From: a virus
Taxonomy: Duplodnaviria; Caudoviricetes
Direction: 5' to 3' (one strand)
Virus record (IMG/VR): IMGVR_UViG_3300034053_000029
Span: 128,001-192,000 of that record
DNA: 64,000 nucleotides
Shown here: one piece after another, positions 38,384 through 45,591 of the stretch
How the letters are laid out: each line of letters opens with the position of its first letter
Position numbering within the stretch: position 1 is the first letter of the stretch
Notes under the pieces: model-generated
Database searches by the model: none
The model's input: the letters and a program-made list of their open reading frames with translations, nothing else
What the model was told of the DNA's origin: nothing
Program-made: the position numbers and the translations under genes

Positions 38384-38940
38384 AATGTGTCCTTGCTCAA
38401 TATAATGTGCTTATCAGAATCAATATCGTCTTCAAAATATTTATCTAGATGATCATTCAAGTTGCTATGATCCAATTTCGTCAAAGATTTACCGTCATGA
38501 TAATAAACGTGGTGCCCATCATCGAGTGCTCGTTTAGTCAATCTCTTCCACATACCATGAGCAGAATCAGATTGAGTTTTATCTGTCTTTAGTGGTAAAT
38601 TTGACTGTTTAAAATGATCATAAATCACATTAGTTGCATGATGTTTAGGTAAATCGCCATGCTTTACTACACCAGTTTGTACTTCACATGGTATAGGACT
38701 ATGAGTCTTTTTTATTGAACAGTAGTGTAATGTTTCTTGTTTGTCATGATCTAAAGTATGATATTCTGTTGTTCCTTTATATTCATCTCTATGAACTTTA
38801 ACATTATGGGAAATGTGATTTATTATCGGAGAATCTTTTATAGCAACAAACATCTTTTTGCGTTCATGCTCTTGTTCTAATTGATTAGGCACATTTAACC
38901 TAAATGATTGTTCATTTAAATATTCTCTAAATGTTTTCAA
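38380..38940 (-). CDS. Putative internal head protein (TTG start, MKTFREYLNE); possible GNAT-like fold
   Basis: TTG at 38940 overlaps the upstream TGA (TTGA); capsid-targeting-like N-terminus; TDKTQSDSAHGMWKRL; about 19 His. Confidence 0.68.
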   Translation of the reverse strand: MKTFREYLNEQSFRLNVPNQLEQEHERKKMFVAIKDSPIINHISHNVKVHRDEYKGTTEYHTLDHDKQETLHYCSIKKTHSPIPCEVQTGVVKHGDLPKHHATNVIYDHFKQSNLPLKTDKTQSDSAHGMWKRLTKRALDDGHHVYYHDGKSLTKLDHSNLNDHLDKYFEDDIDSDKHIILSKDTL

Positions 38941-39422
38941 TCTTTTTCCACCCAATTCAATTGGCATCCTTTTTTTATCAGTGCCATAACTATGTTTGCA
39001 GGTATCGGTTCAGATTCAACCACACCACCTTTTTGTAATATCGAACTAACATACTCAGCACATTGCCACTCATCATTTTTACCAACAACGACTTTCTTGA
39101 AAAATGCTCGCAATGCTTCCATTCTTGAATATTTATTACCGACCAATGAAAGTGCATACTCTTCTAAATCAGCATGCCAATATTCATCTACGGGAATCCA
39201 ATAGAACGGAACCTCTTTACTCAAAGGGAATATTCTGATCTTTGGTGATACTGCTTCGAGAATGAATACTCTTCCTGCAATAACCCAAGCGATACCCACA
39301 TGAGTATATTCAGATCGAGTGAATATTCTGACCATTTGTGCTTCTAAGTGTTCCCAACTAGTATCCGTCCAAGCAAGAACGTCACCGGATTTGATTTTTG
39401 GGCGGGCGTCAGAGTATTTCAT
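38937..39422 (-). CDS. Permuted papain-like amidase (YiiX/YebB, permuted NlpC/P60)
   Basis: IKSGDVL, SEYTHVGIA (His first), ILEA, G.KYS, WQCAEYV (Cys last). Confidence 0.82.
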   Translation of the reverse strand: MKYSDARPKIKSGDVLAWTDTSWEHLEAQMVRIFTRSEYTHVGIAWVIAGRVFILEAVSPKIRIFPLSKEVPFYWIPVDEYWHADLEEYALSLVGNKYSRMEALRAFFKKVVVGKNDEWQCAEYVSSILQKGGVVESEPIPANIVMALIKKGCQLNWVEKD

Positions 39423-39955
39423 GGTAGTCTCGTACTTTTCATATGTGATTCCGTAAACATTGGGAACATTTTATTTTCTTTCAATGTTCTCTTTATTGTA
39501 GAGGTATGCATTTCATTTCCTCCAATATTTTCAAAATCATGATTTACATCATATCCATTGTGCTTACCAATTCTATCTATTATTGGCTTTAATTTTTTAT
39601 GTATGTCTGGTCGAGCAACTATCTTAATTGTTTTATCGCTATCGATTAAATCTTTTGCATAATGTAAAGCAGTTCCAATAAATTTTGGGTTTGGTGAAGA
39701 AAGTTTTGGTGGAGCATCTCCAGAAGAATTATCACTAGCTATATGATGAAGTTCGTGATAACCTTTTCGGATAGCATGAATCAAATGTCCATTATCGCCT
39801 TCTAACTTAAATACTTTAACCGCACCAAATTTATGATCTTTATATGCTTCATCATTATTGAAATGATGTCTAACCATTTCTTCCATGTCTGGATCATGTT
39901 CCATTTTCCATGGCTTATCAAATAACTCAAACAAATACTCTTTAAAGGTGTTCAT
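39419..39955 (-). CDS. Putative internal head protein with capsid-targeting sequence
   Basis: MNTFKEYLFE N-terminus; about 15 His in 178 aa. Confidence 0.68.
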   Translation of the reverse strand: MNTFKEYLFELFDKPWKMEHDPDMEEMVRHHFNNDEAYKDHKFGAVKVFKLEGDNGHLIHAIRKGYHELHHIASDNSSGDAPPKLSSPNPKFIGTALHYAKDLIDSDKTIKIVARPDIHKKLKPIIDRIGKHNGYDVNHDFENIGGNEMHTSTIKRTLKENKMFPMFTESHMKSTRLP

Positions 39956-40293
39956 TTCTTTTGTTCTTTTACCGGTTCTTTATGTGCATGATGAAACTCG
40001 ATATCCTTTTGTAGTTTCTCAATTCGCAAATATGCAATCTGCAATTCATGTTGAGTCTTCAAATCCTGCTGCTGATGCATGAATAGTAGAATGATTATAC
40101 CAATAATGGATAACCATGTAACAAACATACCCCATGTGAAGAATGTTTTTAACATTCCAAGTTGATTGATTATGTTATCATTTATCGTGTCAAAGATGCG
40201 AATCTTATCGATAACTCCACACTTGATGCAATGATCTTTTTCAACAATGCGTGGTCTGTGACGACGATCAACGGTGATAGTTTCGTTTTCCAT
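39952..40293 (-). CDS. Single-TM membrane protein (holin-like)
   Basis: DRR motif, CIKC, TM FFTWGMFVTWLSIIGIIILLFM, C-terminal coiled coil. Confidence 0.62.
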   Translation of the reverse strand: MENETITVDRRHRPRIVEKDHCIKCGVIDKIRIFDTINDNIINQLGMLKTFFTWGMFVTWLSIIGIIILLFMHQQQDLKTQHELQIAYLRIEKLQKDIEFHHAHKEPVKEQKK

Positions 40294-40295
40294 GA

Positions 40296-41366
40296 TTAAA
40301 ACCTATAAGTTAGTGTTAGGACATAAGTGTTCCATTTTTCACCTGATGAAATTGGGGATGTGTGTTTCTTCCATTCTCTACCTGATCCAATATGCCATTC
40401 TGCTGATATGGTAAATGAATCAATGAGTTTTGTCACACCAATATAGTTATCCTGATATGCTCTTGACGTTACCTTGTTGTTACCGTATGAACGACCAACG
40501 TATGCGAACCAACTATCCGTGATACATTTACCTACCATGTAATTATATCCAACGGAATCAATGGAAGCAGTTTGTCTCCCTGATGCACTAAATCCTTTGG
40601 TGATACCATGATACCATTCGACTTGGGCAACAAAATCATTCTCGTTAGCGTATTGAACCCCAATCTTGTTGATGTAGTATTCCATGTTGTCAATTGATCT
40701 GAATACTGCTTTTGCTATTGGAGAATTGTTATCTGCTTCTCCGGTCACTCTGTAATGATTTCTCGACACATACAAGTGCCAATTTTGCATTTCCATGTGA
40801 CCCGATATATCATAATTGTTTGATGTGCTGTTATGGGTGTAACCAGGAACCAATCGATTGAATGCTTCATAGTGAAGATCAGTTTGTCTAGGAATGTTCG
40901 CCTTACCGTATGACACTTTGGTTTTATAAAGAACGTGATCTGTCTTGAATGTCATTTCGTTCTTGATGCCATCCATCAATGTGAATGTGCCATTGAGCAT
41001 ACGGAATGAATAACCTGCAAATGGTAGGATTGCTTGACGATAATTAGCAGGTGAATCGGTGATGCCTTCGTAGAATGAATCCAAACGACTGAATCTACCA
41101 ACTTGAAATGTAGTTTCAATGCGCTCCGATAATGGAATCGAATATTCCAAAACTGCTCTTCTGATGGTTTGATCTTTGAATGTTGAGAGTTGAGTTCTCG
41201 CAGCAAAGGCACCGTTGAAGTAATCAACATTGACCGAAACTATCGTGCGAGGATCATGCCAATCGTGATCACCAAACTGAGTCGTATATGCAAATCCAGT
41301 AACACTTGTCTCTGCAAATGCTGACGTTATGAAGAATGAGAGTAAAAAGAGAATGTGTTTCATCAT
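40296..41366 (-). CDS. Outer-membrane beta-barrel (porin-like) protein
   Basis: Sec signal ending SAFA; alternating amphipathic strands; FQVGR; C-terminal beta-signal WNTYVLTLTYRF. Confidence 0.78.
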   Translation of the reverse strand: MMKHILFLLSFFITSAFAETSVTGFAYTTQFGDHDWHDPRTIVSVNVDYFNGAFAARTQLSTFKDQTIRRAVLEYSIPLSERIETTFQVGRFSRLDSFYEGITDSPANYRQAILPFAGYSFRMLNGTFTLMDGIKNEMTFKTDHVLYKTKVSYGKANIPRQTDLHYEAFNRLVPGYTHNSTSNNYDISGHMEMQNWHLYVSRNHYRVTGEADNNSPIAKAVFRSIDNMEYYINKIGVQYANENDFVAQVEWYHGITKGFSASGRQTASIDSVGYNYMVGKCITDSWFAYVGRSYGNNKVTSRAYQDNYIGVTKLIDSFTISAEWHIGSGREWKKHTSPISSGEKWNTYVLTLTYRF

Positions 41367-41836
41367 GGTGCTCCGTCATCGTAAATCTTGAATATTTCAA
41401 CCTCACCAGTATTGATGATCATTTGGTTTGAATCTAGATATCCAATTGCCCCAATCGTTTTTGCCACTTTTCTAACGACATCTGCTTGGTTCTCTGCTTT
41501 GATGAAATATGCAGCATTACCCTTGTTGATGTATGTAGAGACATTTCTCTCAAATCGTGATACGGAAACACCTAGCACTTTCTCACAAAATTCTTGGTGT
41601 TCCTTTGAATTGAAATCTTGATAGATCACCGTGATCTTCGTACCGTCATCCCAAAATCGTTTCTTCATAGTATACATCCAGAATACTTCCAATTTGGATA
41701 TTTGATGTGTGTGTTTAGGGATGATACTTTTGATGGGTGCGACTTCAGCAAACACTTTACCAGTAACCGGACCTACCATTGCGATAGATGCTCCGATGAG
41801 GAATGGCAACCAGAATTTTCTAAGGAATTTAATCAT
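41363..41836 (-). CDS. Small periplasmic binding-protein homologue (PstS-like type II PBP family)
   Basis: Signal peptide; ISKLEVFWMYTMKKRFWDDGTKITVI, HQEFCEKVLG, NQADVVRKVAKTIGAIGYLD. Confidence 0.75.
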   Translation of the reverse strand: MIKFLRKFWLPFLIGASIAMVGPVTGKVFAEVAPIKSIIPKHTHQISKLEVFWMYTMKKRFWDDGTKITVIYQDFNSKEHQEFCEKVLGVSVSRFERNVSTYINKGNAAYFIKAENQADVVRKVAKTIGAIGYLDSNQMIINTGEVEIFKIYDDGAP

Positions 41837-42477
41837 TTAGGTAAACTAACCTGTTTCAATGCTCTGACGTTGGTTTGAATCAGCTCCATCTGTCTTTCAT
41901 TCTCTGCAAAGCGATTATCCATCTTTTGTAGAGACACTTTCGTATCTGACATATGGGATTCTATGTCACTAAAATATTTGTAGAGGAAGTATTGGGCACC
42001 GGAACTGAATATGGCAAATGCAGCGAATATACCCTTGAAGAATGACACCCGACTATTGTAATCATCTTTCAGTGTTTTGAGTTTTTCGTTGGTGTCTTTG
42101 ATGAGGTCTTGAATCGACGTATTGGTTACTTTGGTTGTAACTTCATGCTCTTTGTCATAAGCATCAAAGTCCTTGTTAATTGCATCAATTCTCTCATGTA
42201 TGCGATCAACATTTTTCACTCTCTCAAGTTCGATCTTGTCAATTTTTGTTTCGACCAAAGCGATCTTTTTATCAAGAAGATCACCAAGAATGGATACCGA
42301 TCCTTCGACTTTTTTGATGTTCTCTGAGTTCTGACCTTGCTTCTCTTGAAGAACGGATACATTCTTCAATAAATCCATCAAGAGGTCTAGTTTTTTATCT
42401 TGCTCATTGAAACGCTTATTTGAGGTTTCAATAAATTGAGAGAGCATTCTCTCTAGCAGTTCGTCACTATTAGCCAT
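41833..42477 (-). CDS. Coiled-coil protein with one C-proximal TM segment (holin-like?)
   Basis: Long heptad region, then FFKGIFAAFAIFSSGAQYFLY, then a short coil; first gene after the late promoter. Confidence 0.65.
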   Translation of the reverse strand: MANSDELLERMLSQFIETSNKRFNEQDKKLDLLMDLLKNVSVLQEKQGQNSENIKKVEGSVSILGDLLDKKIALVETKIDKIELERVKNVDRIHERIDAINKDFDAYDKEHEVTTKVTNTSIQDLIKDTNEKLKTLKDDYNSRVSFFKGIFAAFAIFSSGAQYFLYKYFSDIESHMSDTKVSLQKMDNRFAENERQMELIQTNVRALKQVSLPK

Positions 42478-42515
42478 TTAATTCGTCCATGAAGTTGTCT
42501 TCATTATTATTCTTA

Positions 42516-42523
42516 TATTTATC
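42516..42523 (-). promoter_or_regulatory. Late promoter GATAAATA heading the envelope operon
   Basis: Intergenic; directly preceded by the inverted repeat TCAATAACT...AGTTATTGA. Confidence 0.6.
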
Positions 42524-42558
42524 AATAACTAAAGTTGAACTCAGTTATTGAAGACCGC

Positions 42559-43131
42559 TTATGGCTTAGTAATCTTCTTCCAGAATCCTGTTGGTGAAAA
42601 GACGAACATACATTTGCGATCTCTAGAAATATCGTTTCTGGACCAGAGTTTGTGTCCGAAGTTGAGCTTAGTGCAGTGAGTATCATTCCAATGATGATTG
42701 ATGTATAATTGCCATGCATAGTCACATCTAGCGAAGAACCACCCACCCATAGTTAAGTCACCAGAGATTAATCTAATGTCATTCTTGACAATCTCACCAT
42801 TGATCTTACGTCTTCCCCATACCTTAACTTCATCACCTTCTTTGTATTGGAACGCTAAAACATCCCAGTCAAAAGAATATGCAGGATTGCGAAAATACCA
42901 AAATACTCTATTGACATACCTTTGCCAACGTGTTATGTTATCCCCTCTATATGGGGCATGATGTTCTTTAAATGGTTCATCACCATCTGCGGTATTATCA
43001 GGAGTATCTAGATATTTTAACCATCGTGGAAGGTGTCCATTTTCTTGAACAAATAGCGCCCATATAGGAGAACCAAGACCACCAATAATAGCCATTATAA
43101 TATTTAATGGTAAATATAAAAACCAACGCAT
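42559..43131 (-). CDS. Conserved phage membrane-associated hypothetical protein
   Basis: Hydrophobic N-terminus, LPRWL..LDTPDN..DGD, W..RNPAY.F; GGAG RBS. Confidence 0.72.
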   Translation of the reverse strand: MRWFLYLPLNIIMAIIGGLGSPIWALFVQENGHLPRWLKYLDTPDNTADGDEPFKEHHAPYRGDNITRWQRYVNRVFWYFRNPAYSFDWDVLAFQYKEGDEVKVWGRRKINGEIVKNDIRLISGDLTMGGWFFARCDYAWQLYINHHWNDTHCTKLNFGHKLWSRNDISRDRKCMFVFSPTGFWKKITKP

Positions 43132-43151
43132 ATTAAACTCCAGAGGAAATT

Positions 43152-43760
43152 ATGTTAAAAGATGAAACTAATAATATTTATGGTAGATTGACTGTTATAT
43201 CAAGATCAGAAAACTATAAAGATGGAACTGCAATGTGGAATTGTTTGTGTTCATGTGGAAATACAACTACCCAAAAAGGAACATTTTTGCGAAGTGGTAC
43301 TGTAGTATCATGTGGATGTTACAATAATGATCTACATTCCACCCACAGAATGTCCAAATCTAAAGAATATAAAACTTGGCAAGGCATTAAAGAAAGATGT
43401 TGCAATGTTCATAGTGAGGATTATCTAAATTATGGAGCAAAAGGAATTACTGTGTGCGAAGAATGGAAAAATTCATTTGAAAAATTCTTAGAAGATATGG
43501 GATCAAGACCAACAGGATGTTCAATAGATAGAATAGATAATTCAAAAGGATATTATTTAGAAAATTGTCGTTGGGCAACTGCAAAAGAACAAGCTATTAA
43601 TAGATCATCAACACATTTTGTAACCATTAACGGCGTAACAAAAAGTTTAAGTGATTGGGGAAAATTTCTTGGTATGTCTCACGCTGCATTTAATAAAAGA
43701 TTATCAAAAACTAATGATCCAAATAAACTACTTGCACCAAAAGATTCCAGATTCATATGA
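43152..43760 (+). CDS. HNH homing endonuclease, inverted orientation
   Basis: YGRLTVI, WNCLCSCG, SCGC, EYKTWQGIKERC, YGAKGITVCEEW, SIDRIDN.KGY..ENCRWAT.KEQA.N; GAGGA RBS. Confidence 0.9.
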   Translation: MLKDETNNIYGRLTVISRSENYKDGTAMWNCLCSCGNTTTQKGTFLRSGTVVSCGCYNNDLHSTHRMSKSKEYKTWQGIKERCCNVHSEDYLNYGAKGITVCEEWKNSFEKFLEDMGSRPTGCSIDRIDNSKGYYLENCRWATAKEQAINRSSTHFVTINGVTKSLSDWGKFLGMSHAAFNKRLSKTNDPNKLLAPKDSRFI

Positions 43761-43860
43761 TCCACCCTTCCTTGTTAGAGAAGAGTGGTAGGAATGGTGC
43801 TAATAGTGCGGATAACAGCACCATTAGAATGTTAGCGGGTAGTAAAAAGAACCATCTCAT
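43753..43860 (-). pseudogene. Orphaned 5' fragment of the 42559-43131 gene
   Basis: Hand translation MRWFFLLPANILMVLLSALLAPFLPLFSNKEGWII*; 14/34 identities to MRWFLYLPLNIIMAIIGGLGSPIWALFVQENGHL; ATGA-coupled to the upstream gene. Confidence 0.8.
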
Positions 43861-44084
43861 GTTAGATTGGCTAACTGTGCTTGAATTGCAGCTAATTGAG
43901 CCTCTAGCTGTGCTCTCTGCACGTTAGGGTCTACTGGAACGTCTTCCCATACTCCATTAACGTATTTCTTTCCAATATATCCAAAACTAGCAGTCTCAAT
44001 CATAGTATTCTTATTAACTATATTTGAGGTTTCTAATTCTGCAAAACAAATGTTTTGATTGTTTATTTCTGCATAATATGTCAT
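43857..44084 (-). CDS. Small fibre-associated hypothetical protein (start reassigned to MTYYAEIN)
   Basis: YYAEIN..NIC...ET...GKKYVNGVWEDVP; C-terminal coil; GGAG RBS. Confidence 0.65.
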   Translation of the reverse strand: MTYYAEINNQNICFAELETSNIVNKNTMIETASFGYIGKKYVNGVWEDVPVDPNVQRAQLEAQLAAIQAQLANLT

Positions 44085-44085
44085 T

Positions 44086-44421
44086 TTAATAATACTCCGT
44101 AACTTCGTAACCAATATACACCGAATACCCACCTCCGGCTGCACTATTTAATGTGGCAGTAAGTGTTGTGCTGTTTGTTAATACTAAAGTAGCATGAGAT
44201 GACCTAGACTCTGAGTATGAGGTAGTGCCTGTCCCAACGCCTGCCCAAGCTCTAGTGCCCGTGGGCCAGCTACCTAAAATCCCCATGTACCTAAGAACTG
44301 ACTTGCTAGTATTAGTACTAGATATAGTGGCTGTTCCTGATGAAGCATTAGCTGCAATAGTTATCCAACCACGTTGTATGGACTTAATGTTTCCCGAAAA
44401 ATTTTGACTTAAAGTAGACAT
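44086..44421 (-). CDS. Small fibre-associated beta protein, paralogue A
   Basis: MSTLSQ...IKSIQRG.ITI......TATIS..NTSKS.L. Confidence 0.7.
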   Translation of the reverse strand: MSTLSQNFSGNIKSIQRGWITIAANASSGTATISSTNTSKSVLRYMGILGSWPTGTRAWAGVGTGTTSYSESRSSHATLVLTNSTTLTATLNSAAGGGYSVYIGYEVTEYY

Positions 44422-44699
44422 TAAAAATACTCCACCACTATATATGTTACATCATATGTTTCTGTACCCGAAGTTGGTTTCTGGAAGGAAATCTGTGTAC
44501 TACTAGTTAATTCACCCCCATAACACTGTGCGGATTGTCCTGTGCATTTAAATGATACCAGATGTAACTCCGATTTCGTTGTGACGACTGACGAAATAGT
44601 AACCGTTGTTGCGGCATCTCCATAAGAGCCATAAGAGGAATTTACCGTACCAGTTTGAATACTTTTAATTCTGGAATTAAATTGACTCAATGTGCTCAT
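44421..44699 (-). CDS. Small fibre-associated beta protein, paralogue B (start reassigned to 44699)
   Basis: MSTLSQ..IKSIQTG.V......TVTISSV.TTKSEL; TAATG overlap with the upstream stop. Confidence 0.7.
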   Translation of the reverse strand: MSTLSQFNSRIKSIQTGTVNSSYGSYGDAATTVTISSVVTTKSELHLVSFKCTGQSAQCYGGELTSSTQISFQKPTSGTETYDVTYIVVEYF

Positions 44700-45238
44700 T
44701 ACATAATCCTCCATTTACTAGTTGCATCTATATACCTTAGCTGCAATGTAGCATATGCACTATCAATAGTCATATTAGTTGCATCACCATTAACACTTTG
44801 AGAATTGGTAGTAACATTTAATACGTTATCAACTCTACCATTGGCTACCGTCACCCATACAATATCCCCAGCTGCAGGAGTATGCAAAGTTACCGTGGTT
44901 GCTGCAGCGTTAGTTAATACATAATGATTATTTACCGCAGTTGTTTGAGTTGGGCCACTAACGACCACAATGGTAGGTGCAACCGCAGATGCCGTAGCAG
45001 GTGCAGGAGTTTGCCAAGTAGCGGTCGTGCTACTTGTAGCCATTAACACTTGACCATTACTTGGAGCAGTTGCACCGCTAACAGAAACATCCGTAGTTGC
45101 AGACTTTAGCTTACCTGCGACGGTATTAGCTGTAGTAGTGACTCCAGTTCCTCCATTAACTACGGGGGTTACGAAGTTAGGGTCTAAATCGGTTGCATTA
45201 ACTAATTGATCTGTTGCCGCATTTCCAACGTAGCTCAT
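44699..45238 (-). CDS. Short tail-fibre-like protein
   Basis: PVVNGGTG, LKSATTDVSVSGATAPSNGQVLMATS, TVTL..PAAGD.V.V. Confidence 0.7.
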   Translation of the reverse strand: MSYVGNAATDQLVNATDLDPNFVTPVVNGGTGVTTTANTVAGKLKSATTDVSVSGATAPSNGQVLMATSSTTATWQTPAPATASAVAPTIVVVSGPTQTTAVNNHYVLTNAAATTVTLHTPAAGDIVWVTVANGRVDNVLNVTTNSQSVNGDATNMTIDSAYATLQLRYIDATSKWRIM

Positions 45239-45582
45239 GGTGTTAATATCTCCGTTGCTCTTTCTTCGGTGAGGATTCCTGCAGTTACTAAGGATTGGAT
45301 ACCTGATACAGTACGAGAATCTGTAAGATTGACTTCAGTAGTCGCTTTGAATTTCTCTAGCCAGATTTCCATTTGCACATTAGTTTTTGCTAGTGTATAG
45401 ATTGCTGCGAGTTCTTCGTCAGTGAAGCGTTCCATGTATTGGAGCTTAGTGATTGGGAGGATTGGTTGTGGTGGAACTACCTCTTCTCCTTCGTACTCCC
45501 AATCATTAGGGAAATATTCTTCACAGAAATACTGATCTGCAACAATACGAGTATTTGTGCTAATAATTTTATATATAGGCAT
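45235..45582 (-). CDS. Fibre assembly/chaperone-like protein
   Basis: ITKLQYMERFTDEELAAI...VNL.D.RT..GIQ.LV..GILT.ERA.EIL. Confidence 0.65.
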   Translation of the reverse strand: MPIYKIISTNTRIVADQYFCEEYFPNDWEYEGEEVVPPQPILPITKLQYMERFTDEELAAIYTLAKTNVQMEIWLEKFKATTEVNLTDSRTVSGIQSLVTAGILTEERATEILTP

Positions 45583-45591
45583 TTGTTATCC

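Noticed and set aside
42522-42746. 74-aa minus-strand ORF overlapping the 42559 gene and the promoter region
   Set aside because: It is an alternative frame of a supported gene with no independent RBS or motif
43762-43825. Two apparent hairpins after the HNH stop, considered as ncRNA or intron remnant
   Set aside because: Better explained as the coding remnant MRWFF... of the split gene; no group I core elements were seen
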